From the NCBI GenBank assembly GCA_051530055.1, contig JBMGUZ010000045.1, positions 1-22,513 of the forward strand: DNA of 22,513 nucleotides, written 5' to 3'. Source of the stretch: Neoechinorhynchus agilis (taxonomy: Eukaryota > Animalia > Acanthocephala). Numbering within the stretch: the first letter of the stretch is position 1; every line of letters starts with the position of its first letter. This document shows, in pieces, positions 1 to 11,459 of the stretch. A program made the position numbers and the translations under genes. Under the pieces are notes generated by a model, which made no database searches, was not told where the DNA came from, and was given only the letters and a program-made list of their open reading frames with translations.

Positions 1-288
1 TTGACGAAAATTAACAGCAAGAATATTGCATAAAACGCTTTTTTACCCTTGAGTTCGAAAACTAAAAATGTCGGTTTTTGCGATTCTTTTTTCTCCGATT
101 TTTAAATTGTTGAAAAATGCACGACTCGCTATCTACATTTTCAATACGATTGAAATTATTGATTTTTTAAATCGCTTATAGAGTTAGATGAAATAGTGAA
201 GGATCACTTAGGCTTATTGTTAGTCATCGACTAATTTGATCGATATCGATCTTTATGATTGCCTTCAAAGTCTTCAAACGAATGGTAA

Positions 289-294
289 TTTATT
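289..294 (-). promoter_or_regulatory. AATAAA polyadenylation signal of gene copy A
   Basis: TTTATT on the + strand at 289-294, about 40 nt downstream of the predicted TAA stop (337-335). Confidence 0.55.
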
Positions 295-334
295 CACTCA
301 CAATAACTTCAAACTCTCATCCACTTATGAAGAC

Positions 335-2411
335 TTAAAGTGGAGTCAGAGCGTTCCAGTCCGCTGGCGTTACATAGAGTCCACTGCCTATAATTTTTTA
401 ACGTTTGAAGAATTGTGCTATAATAGTAAAAATTACCTGGGCTACTGCCTACTGGAGTATTCCCCATTGTTGCATTTAAATTAGTAATCCTTATGAGTTG
501 ATTTTTAAAAACTGCCTGTAATGCATCTTGTCTTTCCTTAAACGAAGTGAGAGAAGTATTATAATAGACGTTCATTGTGATGTCCGTCGTTAGTCTAAAA
601 TCACAATGGGTAAAGTCTTTTCCCGGTTCCCTTACCCTGCATCTGGTTTATTATATACGACGTTTCCGACTGCGTAAGGTACGGTTTGAGTGTTATTTTT
701 ATTCATTCCTCTTAGAATTTCCACAATCTGTTAAGTTGATTAATTTCGTGATGATGTTGAATTAAAATAAATGCTTACTCTATTTTGGACATCCACTTGT
801 GCTGGGGCGGTGTTGCCGGTTTCTGCTGGACATTTAACATCGCAAGTTATTTTCAACGTCAACGGTATTTCTAAATCAACATTAATGTATTGCCCGAAAC
901 ATTTTTTCATTACGTGTTCGTACTAATAACGATTTTGCTTCTAGCATGGTTTGAGCTTCCTGTACAGTCAATTCCGTAGCTAAAAACCAACGCGGATTCT
1001 TATTTGGTCTCGACACCTAATCTTACTGTTTTCTAAGACGAAATTCATGCCCGCAACGTTCATTAGAGGTTTGGGTTGATAATTCGCAGCGGCCTGAACG
1101 AATTGAGATGCGAACCGTCCATTCAGCGAAGTTCGTATGACATCGACTCTCTATAACACGAGATCCTTAAAATTGAGAGTAGGTGTCTTAAGGCAGCAAG
1201 CAATGTTGAATTGCAATCCAAACATCCACGATGGTGAAGGGTTCTTAATTTGATTGTTAATGCTGTACCAGCTGCATTGATTGTCGGCGCAGTGCCAATA
1301 TAGTTTATGAAGATTACAGATTGATTGGAAATTGTCTCACCACTCACATAAGCATTCAGCTATTCGTCGAATTTTGAATTTCCATTAAACTTTTCAAAAA
1401 TAACTTACATCGTGAATGATTTGATTCACTTGGTTTCCCACCACCGCCGGAGTTAAAGAACCGGCAGGGCCATCCAGAGTTATTGTAGCCTGTTTCCAGT
1501 CAGCCACTATTTTTAGATGATTTTCCTGAACATTAAACAGTCAATGACTTACCCAACGGTAGAAGACTGGTTGACAGTGGTAGCTGATTTCTCTCCGCAG
1601 TGATATTTGCCAAAGTTCCAGCGCTTGATTCGGTTTCTGTTTAGCTCGATAATACAGAATTTGATTATCCATTCGAGTTACTTACCAGTACCGAGATTAA
1701 CGGTTGCATTATCCACTACAACAATACCCGTGCCAATACTGATGGTCAGATTTTTAAAGGCATTCGCTAAAAGCGTTTGTCGCCCTATTGTGCAATTATC
1801 CGAACATCTTCTTTGAAAATAGACTATAAAGCTCATGGTGACTCTGAAAAGAATATGATAAGGTTATTGAGTTTTAAACTACCGAATACAAACTTCAACA
1901 TTCTACCGCTTATACTTTGAATTGGTGGTACTTCTAACACACGTAGAAAAAACGGAAATCTTCCCAATTGGCGTAAACCTCTTATTAATCTCGCGTTAAT
2001 CTAAAAATTAACATTTTCGTTGATTACAAGAAAAAGACTAACGTCGTCTTGCAGGATCCTTCTATTAATAGTGTCCCCCACTCTTGCATCTCCTGAAAGT
2101 ATCCTCGCATTAAGAACTGCATCTCCTCTCGTTTCTGCACTTTTTCGTAAAACATCACCAAATAAAAAAATACGAACCGAAAAGTGTCGGAGCTACGAAT
2201 CCATTGTTAGTACTATTTCCCCGATTTCTAAATGCCAATCCAATACCGACACCCGCTATGATTACTACCAGAGCGAGTGATATCAATCCAATGATTGTAA
2301 CCAACACTGGCGTGACTCTGTAAGGTGATTGGTTGCAGTGAAAAAAAGATTTTTTGGAGATACAAACATTGCCGAAGACTTTTTACGTTTGCTTTCCATC
2401 GGGTTCTCCAT
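335..2411 (-). CDS. 13-exon gene, copy A: predicted ~504-aa type II single-pass membrane glycoprotein with three SEA-like repeats. One 2-nt frameshift in exon 8, so it is either a pseudogene or has a sequence error.
   Basis: Manually spliced exons (minus strand): 2411-2368, 2317-2178, 2134-2043, 2000-1894, 1843-1686, 1636-1553, 1506-1409, 1359-1027, 979-914, 870-779, 727-636, 594-437, 387-335. All 12 introns are GT-AG and 41-51 nt. Phases are consistent throughout except for an extra AC at 1146-1147 relative to copy B. Protein starts MENPMESKRKKSSAIVTPVLVTIIGLISLALVVIIAGVGIGLAF (basic cluster then TM) and ends GLYVTPADWNALTPL*. Many N-x-S/T sequons. The start codon is uncertain because an upstream ATG exon near 2544 is possible. 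The SEA assignment is inferred from the sequence pattern only. Confidence 0.85.
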
Positions 2412-2897
2412 CTTAAGATTTGAAAAATTTATTTCTTAAGTTTAAACCTTTACCATTTTTATACCATTAGTGATTCACATTAATGAAGAATGATACATCC
2501 TTTAAGAAGTTCTTGGAGTGCATTTGCGTTGGAAAAGCACTCATCTATACAAGGGCTTAAGACTTTTTTTTGCTTAACGAATGAGATCACCTTTTCTTAG
2601 GGAATTGTCATCCCCTTGTAAAAGTGTGCCCATGATCTGAATCAGAATTTTGTGTATGATGAATATCTCGGTTTAGAAGTCATATAGAAAGAAAGTTTGA
2701 AGCCTTGGAAAGTTATGGATTTCATGAGGAATCAGTAATCGACAGTTAAACCAAAAATGAGACAAGACATTCGTCGTTATTATGAAAATATCTGGACACA
2801 CACATGAAAAAATGAAAGCAAAATAAAACTTCACATAAGATAAAAATATCGAGATAGCATTTATGTTTAAAATATTACACATTCCAGTCTTATAACT
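954..2897. repeat. Segmental duplication, copy A (direct repeat of 11610-13499)
   Basis: Colinear match including introns and ~0.5 kb of upstream DNA. Homology stops abruptly at AGCTTCC (954 vs 11610) and at TTATAACT (2897 vs 13499). Confidence 0.95.
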
Positions 2898-3079
2898 ATG
2901 CATTTAATTGTTCTAAGTTCTAAAAATAAACGACTTTTTTGCATGATCGTGGTGGAGAGGATATATTTGGTGGACAAATAAAACTATTAAGGAAAAACGA
3001 CGCCGTCATAAACTAAACTTCGCTTAAGATAAAAATATCGACAAGATTCTCGTACTTCTTGAAAAGCATGATCGTGCTT

Positions 3080-5190
3080 CGGATACCACTCCCAGAATTT
3101 TCCTCCCAACTCCAAATTTTCTTCCCCATTTTCAAAATTCTCTTCCAAACCATAATCTACTAGATTACTCGTGGCCTCCTTCCTAAACTAGATGAAATTT
3201 CACTCATTTTATCTACCTCAAAAGCTGCCGTAGTCATTTTCGCAGAAATGGCCATCCTTCCCAGGTACTCTTCCTACCATGCATACCGGGAGGATCGTCC
3301 AGGAGGGGGTCTCAATTTACGTACGGCAATCGCTACCATACTTTTTATCTCTCATAGGATCTCTACAAAACTCCGATCTAGAATTCATCGCAGTCCATTT
3401 CATAGCTCCTCTGAAAAACGGCCTTAGAGAATTCACCATTGTTGGCGTCCATCGTGCAGGAGACTTCAATAATCTATTTCCGCTTCTGCCCTTCTCCGAG
3501 TTGCGTCAACTTATTGATTTCCCAACTCGTCTTGACGCTCACTTCGGAAAGGTGTTCATAAATATCGACGCCTACTCATCCGCCTCTAAACTTCCTCCCC
3601 CCGCCAACTCTGACCACTCTTCTGCTCTTTGCACACCCTCCACCCCACCTCAGCGTATAAATCAACCCGTTTAACCGTCTGGGATAAACGTGATCATTAC
3701 ATCAAAAATTTTATAAAATTGTTCAACTCTAATATTCGCTCCCTAACTTCGACTATTCCCAAGAAATTCATTGAGATCTTCAACTCGGATTCACCATGGA
3801 TAACCCCCATTTGAAACTTCTTACAAGGCAAGCTTCTAAAGCCCATCGCAATAACTCTCCAGACCTTACCCGTTTACAAAAAGCACTAACTAACAAAATA
3901 CTTATCGCCCGCAAAAACTTTTCCTCTAAAATCCATTCGGGTGGCAATTCAACATGGTGGCGGGCCGTCAATTACTCCCTTGGTCTACGCAACGCGGATC
4001 CCTTCCCTAATTTGACCTACGCTGCATTAAAACAGATTTTGGATTCCATTAATCAGAACCTCTACCTTGACTCAATTTACAGTCACTGGTCCACATCAGA
4101 CACCACACAATCTATCACGTCCACACCTGAAACTTTTGTCAACTCGCCGATACTCCCATTAGTTTCATCATATGAAGTATTACAGCATCTCAAGAAATTA
4201 CCTCTAAATTCGTCCTCTCAATCCGAAATCCCAAACTGGGCTCTTCGCTACATCATCCCCGAACTCATCTACCCTCTTACCCACATTATAAACCTCAGCT
4301 TTTTATATGGTATCTACCCTCACGCCTGAAAACTGCTGAAGTTATCCTTCTTCCAAAAAAGACACCCTATTTCCGCCAAATTATTTCGTCCAATATCCAT
4401 TCTACCCGCTCTTTCAAAATTGATCGAAAAATGTTTTAAATCTCGCTTTCTTTGCCTTCTCAACCAAAAGTTATCGCCCCTACAATTTGGCTTCCGGCCC
4501 AGATTTTCTGCAACCGATGCCCTACTTTGCATTTATGACACGTTTCTACGTAACCCCGATAATAATCCCTACCAAATCACCCGTCTCATTCAACTGGATT
4601 TATCGAAAGCATTCGACTCCGTAGACCATTCACTCCTTCTCCGGACCTGTGGCATATCCGCTGGCTCAAATCTTATCTTCACAATCGCAAACAATACATT
4701 CATTGCCTTTCTACATCTACTATCAGCTTATCCCTCACCAAAGGCGTACCTCAAGGTGCTGTGCTGTCACCACTTCTCTTTAATATTTTCCTAAACGACA
4801 TCAAAACTCTCTCCTCTCACTCTAAACTCTTTTTAAATGTCGACGAGCTCACCCTCATCACTCAATAACCACCCCACCTCTATCTCTCCTTAACATCTAA
4901 CGAAATCAACAACATGAAAGATTTCTGCACCAATCACAAACTCCACCTGAATTCCTCTAAATGCTTCGAAATGAACCCTTCATTCTCCAGCAACCCCGCA
5001 TCCTCGCCCGATCTTCTAACTGACATCGTACGAGTAACCTAACTAAGAATTCTAGGCCTCCAATTTCAATCAAACTTGAAATGGGACTCGTACATCACTC
5101 TCCCTAAAGCACAACACCTTTAAAATTTATCTCCTCGAACACCTCCGACATTTAGGAATCCCTTCACCCGATCTCTAGAAATTTTATTTG
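3080..5190 (+). mobile_element. Degenerate non-LTR retrotransposon (L2/CR1-group-like) ORF2: APE endonuclease plus RT, 3'-truncated
   Basis: APE-like ITRGLLPKLDE, GVSIYVRQSL, GDFNN, SDHS. RT motifs RPISILPALSK-IEK, QFGFRPRFSATDAL, LDLSKAFDSVDH, frameshifted GVPQGAVLSPLL, and NVDELT for YADD. Multiple stops and frameshifts. C/T-rich sense strand. Confidence 0.9.
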
Positions 5191-6620
5191 GTGTTCCATT
5201 GAAGGCGATTGTTAAGGATATTTCTGTATTCTTAACCGAAGCGGTCGAACAGTCAAAAATCGAATTATGTTTAGTTAACAACTGTTCGATTGTGGAAACA
5301 GCGGATTCTCTTTCTGTTTCAACCTGCTGGTAGAGTAAGCTACGGCATACATAATTCGGCCAATGAATTTCAAAAGCGTTGATTCAAGGGCGTCCGAATA
5401 AACTGTACCTGCCGTTTCGTACGACCATAACTTCTAATCGTTCTTGTCTTGTTCTAGAAAATCACATTGATCTCGCATTTTCCCAGCGTATGCAAACGAT
5501 TGTCACCATACGACCGCAAGGGTTTAACAGAAGTCGGCTGCCCTATTCTACGCCAATCGATCATTTCAATACGAATACACTGCGCGCCGGTATCATATTC
5601 CTCTGTGATTGTGATTCCATCTTTTTTGGATATCTATTTTGGGAATATGATCCTGTCCTTCCGCTGTGTCGTGCACATCAGTTATCGCATTCAGCTCTTC
5701 CAGTTGATCTGTAGAATTCCGCCATTGACAGCATGATCAAAAATGGCCCAGACGCTGACAATTGAAACACTTTTTATCTCTAGCTGGACAGTTCTGTTGG
5801 TTGTGTTCGAGTCCTTTCTTCCACGACGTCCTTTCCCATATTTTACCTTCCGATGGGGTTCATTCCGTCGCTGTGGCATCTCATCAAGTTCGAGATGCTC
5901 ACTCTTAAGTATATCTTGCTGCACTCCGGCTGAGTTTATCAGGGGTCCTCGACCCACATTCCTTTCCTTCCATGACGTATCTTTCAACGTTTCGAAAGTC
6001 TCACATATTTCGATCACATCGTTCAAGGAAGGTGCTGCCATTTCGAGAATTTGATTCCTAAATACTTCATGTGGCGTTCTAATAACTATTTGATCCTTGA
6101 TGCGGTCATCGATTGCTTTGCCCATTTGAGCTTTTCATCGTAAATTTGCGATCCAGGAAGCATACGCTTGACCACTTTTCATTTTGCACTGATGCAAAAT
6201 GTTCCGCAACGAACTGAATTGGTCGCGTATAGTGAGCGTCCAGGAGCTCTATTAGCTCTTTGTATGTGTACTCATTTAACTCTTCGCCAGCGCAGAGACT
6301 CGCTATCAAGTGATACGTTGTCGGACCAACCCAAGAGAGAAACGTGTCCCTCATCATCACTTAACCGCAGACAGCTTGTGCCGCAGAATGAAAAAAAACT
6401 GTTGTTTGTAGCTTCGCCAATTTCCTTTTTCCTCGTGAAAAAAGACGAAAAACCGCTTCTCGAATATTATCCTTCTCGACAACTCCTCTAGGATCGTCCC
6501 GCGTTAGCAACTGCTACAATAGTTGCTGCTGCTTTAGAATATCGGATCGATATTTGGCGCGAATCATACAGTTCATAATCAAGACGGTTGACAACCACAA
6601 TGTTTTCGCAACCTAGCGTT
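5190..6620 (-). mobile_element. Degenerate Ty3/Gypsy (Mag-like) gag plus aspartic protease, truncated before RT
   Basis: Gag FLSWVGPTTYHLIASLC...YKELIELLDAHY...DDRIKDQIVI. On the minus strand near 5600-5360: protease EYDTGA, LRSYG and SLFGRP*. Several frameshifts. Confidence 0.8.
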
Positions 6621-6719
6621 GTAGCGGAGGGTGGCAAACGGCCGCCCAATTCTCTGAGAATTCCTGCGCCTCCGGTGGTCCGGAGTAGTATTCTCGAAGA
6701 CAAATAACCCAAACCCAAC

Positions 6720-7030
6720 TGCCATGCATTCCATGACGATTCTTCTATTTTGGAAGTACCAACTAAGAGATGGCCACATACTGTGGCTATACAATCCAAC
6801 CCGCTACTCCCGAGGGAGGAGCTGTATCGAAGATTCTTGGCTCCATGCCTTAAAACGTTCAAGGACGACGTGGATAGAATTTCCTCGACTACCTATTTCG
6901 GTGGGAGGTTGAGAGTTTTGTTTATGGGCCAACGTTTCGTCGAAGGATTTATGGAATTCACGAGAAAAAATTGCGATCTCTCCAGTGTTGTAATTACCGA
7001 CTCCAACTACCAGTCAACCTTTATGGTCTG
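6720..7030 (+). mobile_element. Possible RTE-like LINE ORF2 C-terminal remnant
   Basis: Across shifting frames: KYQLRDGHIL, LLPREELY, KTFKDDVDR and WEVESFVYGPTFRRRIYG. These resemble the RTE C-terminal pattern QLRW.GH..R / LPK..LY / K.FKD / WE...DR..WR. Highly decayed. Confidence 0.4.
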
Positions 7031-7032
7031 GT

Positions 7033-7146
7033 TGTAGTGATATCTAACAATTCTACCGCGCCTTCATATCCACCGTTTGATTCGCACTTCGCGACCTTGC
7101 ACTTTTGCACAATAAAACCTCTAAGGTTTCTATATTATTCTCAACA
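7033..7146 (+). repeat. Putative 5' LTR remnant of the following Gypsy element
   Basis: Starts TGTAGTGA, ends ...CAACA, contains AATAAA (7111-7116), and lies 35 nt before the gag ATG (7181). No second copy and no clear PBS found. Confidence 0.35.
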
Positions 7147-7180
7147 ATTTAATGTGCAAAAAAGCCACCTTTGGTCAATA

Positions 7181-10100
7181 ATGGCAGAAAACTCTCCAAC
7201 GTCATACACCTCGTCGAGAACAGATGATTCCTCGAGGATCTTCAAGGAAACGTTTCGACCGGAACGGTTTGACATCTTGCCACATGAATCCGGATCAGAA
7301 AAACATTACAGGTTGTGGAAACGAAACTTCCAGTTCGTCTCTAATCAACCTTCTAATAAACATATTGACAAACTGGAACTACGCTTCCTGTCTGTTGGCA
7401 GTAGCGTCTATGAACTACTTGAAGATAGCAAGTCGAATGATGAAGCTATGAACACTCTGGGAAAGTTGTATGTGCGAAAGCCAAACAAAATCCTGGCTCG
7501 ACATCTATTGACGATGCGTAAGCAAAACGACGACGAGGATATCAGCTGATTCATACAAGCCTTGTGCTTGTTGGCCCGAGATTGCGTATTGGAAAATGTA
7601 TCAGCTGAACAATATCGCAACGATGCGATAAGGGATGCTTTTATATCCTTATTAGAATCCGACTCGATCCGTCAACGTTTGTTAGAAAATGAAAATCTGG
7701 ATTTGGATAGAGCTCTTCAACTCGCAAAATCCCTACAAATCTCTTACGAAGGACAAGAACAATACAACCGTCGTTCCGAAGTGTCGATCAATGCGGTGCC
7801 TTCCGAAACTGATTGCTATGTCAGAAATATTGAGGAGGCAGAGATGAGCGCTGCTCTCAATCGCCGGGCAAGTTCTCCCCAAAGAAAATGTTTCTTCGGT
7901 GGGAATAAAAACCACTATAGAAATCAATGTCCTGCGAGAAACGCTTCACCAAAGTTTGCAGATCCTCCAGAAATCGCGCTAAATCCATCAATGAACTTTC
8001 CGCTGTATGTCCGAGCACCGCAATTCACGCAGGAGCTTCTCTCATGAAGGTGATGATAAGCATAGGTTCGATACAGCTATCGGCTCTCATCGATACCGGA
8101 AGTTTTCTAAACTTTATTAACAAACGACTAGCCGATAGACTCGGAATACCTTACTCCCAGGTGAATCTGACTGTTAACTTGGCTGCTGGAAGTTCGACTC
8201 GAAAAATTTCTGGTGAAAGCTGAATCGATTTCAAATGCGGGCAGATCGACTACTCGGACATCTCCATCTTCGTCATCAGCGAACTCTGCATCGACGTAAT
8301 ATTAGGACTGCCCTTTCTGCTCCTTCACGAACGCTTAACAATCACCTCAAACGGCAAATTGTCCGAATTCAAGGTTCCAGTGGCCGCCACTTGTCTAATT
8401 ATTCCAGCTCCCCTCGACTATTCTCAAACTTGAAAGAGAAGTGCCACCCGATTGCGACTAAGAGCAGATCTTATAGCTTATCCGATCAGGCGTTTATTCG
8501 TTCCGAGATCGCCAGGATGCTGGAAGGAAATATTATTGAGGAATCTTCCTCCCCTTGGAGAGCTCAGATTGTCGTCATCAAAAGGGATAATGGAAAACGA
8601 AGACTTGTCGTTGACTCATAAACAAGTTTACTTACTTGGACGCATATCCCCTCGCTAAAATTTCGGACCTCGCAAACGCGATCGCTCAGTACAAAGTTTT
8701 TAGCCAACTAGATCTTAAGAATGCATATTATCAGATCGATATTCTATCGGAGGAACGAAGATACAGCGCTTTTGAAGCCAATCGAAAGCTTTATCAGTTC
8801 AAGAGAATACCCATGGGTGTAACTAATGGTGTTGCAGCTTTCCAAAGGTACATGAATTCAATTATTGAGGCCTCGGGGCTCGTGGGAACGTTCTCTTATC
8901 TTGACGATATAATTGTATGTGGAATGAACAAAGTCGAGCACGACGCGAATCTACATCGTTTCCGCCCTAATATGGCTTCCTTAGGATTAATGGTGAATGA
9001 AACAAAGTCGAAGTTTGGTCTTGATGTGATAAATGTACTCGGATACGAAATTGGCCATAACGTTTTAAAACCAGATCCAATGAGACTGAAAGCCCTATTA
9101 AGCATAGTAGTGCCTCGAGACTAAGTTAGTTTACAGCGTCTCATTGGATTTTTTTGCCTACTACAGTAGGTGGATATCTAAGTATTCAGAAAAGCTCAGA
9201 CCGCTTTTAAGGCCGGACATCTCCTTCCCGCTCGATAAAGACTCCATCGCCGCAATCGAAGAGCTGAAAACCGACATCAAACGGTCTGCGGTAGCGGCCA
9301 TTAACGAAGACAAAGACTTCATATTAGAAGTAGACGCCTCAGAAAATTCGATAGGAAATACGTTGTTCCAAGACGACAGACCAGTTGCCTTCTTTTCGCG
9401 AAGTCTAACTAAACACGAGAAGCGGTACCAGATCGTTGAAAAGGATGCCTTATCCTTAGTAAACGCTGTCAAACACTGGAGGAACTACTTAGTCCCTCGT
9501 CATTTCCGAGTTATCACTGATCAGCGATTGATGTCCTTCGTAAAGAAACAGTCGCATGGGGAAAAATACGGAACGAGCGGATATTGAGATGGAAACTCGA
9601 ACTCTCGAACTATTCTTACGACGTTTCTTAGCGCCCTAGCGCTCAAAATATCTCAGCCGATTTAATGTCGAGAGAAGTCTGCGCTGTCAGTCGATCTCGA
9701 ACGTCTTAACCGAATTCACCGCCATCTAGGCCTTCCCTGTCAAACACGGATGTTACACTATATCAGAACTGACCATCCCGCTTACACTATCGATGACATT
9801 CGTCGAATCACCACAAAATGTCCCACATGTTGCCGCATCAAACCTCGATTCTTTGAACCTGATTCAAAGTTCCAATTAGTCAGAGCAACGACGCCTTTTG
9901 AGAGGTTATCTATGGACTTTAAAGGTCCGCTACCAGTGGCTAAAGGAGGTTATCGTTACTTGTTCGTCGCTATAGATGAATACTCACGATACCCCTTTGC
10001 TTTACCGATACCGTCATGCATTGTCTCGATCAAATATTTTCACTGTTCGGAAATCCTGCGTATGCTCACTCGGATCGAAAAACAAGTTTTATGTCAAAGG

Positions 10101-10610
10101 AATTACGTCGATGGCTGGAGACAAGACGGATATGCACGAGTCACTCAACACCTTTCCACCCACAAGGGAATTCTCAATGCGAAAGACTTAATGGAACCTT
10201 ATGGAGAACTATTCGATTATTGCTCGACGACAAAGGTCTACAAATATCGTATTGGCCCATGGCACTAGGAGAATCACTATCTGCCATCCGTTCTTTGTTA
10301 TGCACCTCCACTTGGACCACGCCACGCTGCAGAATGTTTTCCCATGAAAGAAGATCCACGGTCCCGTTGCAGCTACCTGCTTGGTTGACGAATGGAGAGC
10401 ATGCTATATTGAAAAGCATGACACGAGAGAGTAAATTCGAAAGTGAGGTAGTATTCAATCGTCGAATTGCCTAACGGAAAACGTTCCACTGTTAACAGTC
10501 ATCAGATGGCACCCCGCGAGGAGGACGAAAGTTCAGAAAGTCAAAATAACGGAGACTCGGAAAGCAAAAGGACTTTGATTCAGCGTTCAAGGTCGTCTAC
10601 TAAATTTCAC
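7181..10610 (+). mobile_element. Near-full internal region of a degenerate Ty3/Gypsy LTR retrotransposon (gag-PR-RT-RH-INT)
   Basis: Gag FRPERFD...W and a mutated knuckle CFFGGNKNHYRNQC. Protease LIDTGS (8092). RT SSSPWRAQIVV, RIPMGVTNGVAAFQR, YLDD (8897-8908). RNase H EVDASE, FFSRSL. Integrase H-H-C-C, MDFKGP, HSDR, NSQCER. Gypsy domain order. Many stops and frameshifts; no 3' LTR. Confidence 0.95.
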
Positions 10611-11039
10611 GGCTGTCAAACGATGCAATTCGCGTTTGCACTTCGACCAATGGGGAGCCATCCACGGATAGGCCTCCTTAGTCAACTCGAGAGGACCTCT
10701 TGGAGAAGAAGCTGAAGGAATTTTCGGACAAGGTGCTTCACATGGTCGACCTCCGTATTTTTACCGCAATACAGGGATTGGAGCGCAGAATATCTGCCCC
10801 GACTGAATGTGGTTTCTCTTGGATCTGTCGTTGAAAAGTCACCCTGTAAGCGTGGTCGTTTTCGGTCACCTGAATGTCAGCAGAATGCCGCCGTCAACAT
10901 GGACAACTCTGAGGAACTCGTTCGGGACATTATTGAAAAACAGACGCAAGTTTGTGCAGAGGGGTTCATAATCTTATTGAAGGGCTGGGATGGAACTGAG
11001 AATCGTGCAGTGGAACTCTGGCTTGCTTCTAGGTATTAC

Positions 11040-11350
11040 GCGCCTGTTATCGGAGGGGCTTCCAGAAAAGGAACTGTTGCACGACCTGTGGGCAAGATGC
11101 CTCGGACCGAATTATATTGCCCGTGAACTGCAGTCGTCTGTGGCGCAAAGATTCACTGGGCGGTTGGACTCCGGCTCTCTTATGCAGTGCTTTGTTGGTC
11201 ACTTTATCTGACCATCTGACCTTGAACGCCGCACGTAAGAGAGAATAATGATTTTGATCCAAGTGCCTCGTCGCCGTTGGTGACAGTGTCCAGGTCTCTA
11301 CATTGTAGTAGAGAATGCTCTCCCCCACTTCAACAATTGTAGGTATGTTA
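11040..11350 (-). mobile_element. RTE-like LINE RT C-terminal fragment
   Basis: ESILYYNVETWTLS...LLRAAFKVRWSDKVTNKAL...LRHRRLQFTGNIIR matches the typical RTE ORF2 tail (LLYGSETW...W.D.VTN...RRL.F.GH). Confidence 0.8.
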
Positions 11351-11459
11351 AGGTGGGATCTTCTGTATTTAGCTTCATTTACTCCAAAGAAGACAAAGAC
11401 AACTACTTAATATAACAAAGGATTAAAAGGCTCTCAAGTGATGAAACAATTCTCTTCAA

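Noticed and set aside
238-251. Perfect 14-bp palindrome GATCGATATCGATC
   Set aside because: Single, low-complexity, and with no associated structure; plausible by chance.
180-334. Frame beyond the copy A stop weakly echoes repeat 2 (L*VFISG...ITIRLKTL), hinting at readthrough or an alternative genetic code
   Set aside because: It has mixed TAA and TGA stops, an AATAAA 40 nt after the first stop, and no in-frame stops in the other exons apart from the one caused by the exon 8 frameshift. Most likely 3' UTR.
1607-2280. Plus-strand ORFs repeated at 12279-12960 (MPKFQRL..., MITRKRL...)
   Set aside because: Antisense shadows of the spliced minus-strand gene; conserved only because the DNA is duplicated.
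2545-2633. Possible extra upstream coding exon (MGTLLQGDDNSLRK) with a GT-AG intron
   Set aside because: It splices into a frame that stops quickly, and both the ATG and the donor are absent in copy B. It may be 5' UTR.
10730-11040. APE-endonuclease-like words (GRPP...VVVFGHLNV) on the + strand
   Set aside because: Too degenerate to call by eye; needs an HMM search.
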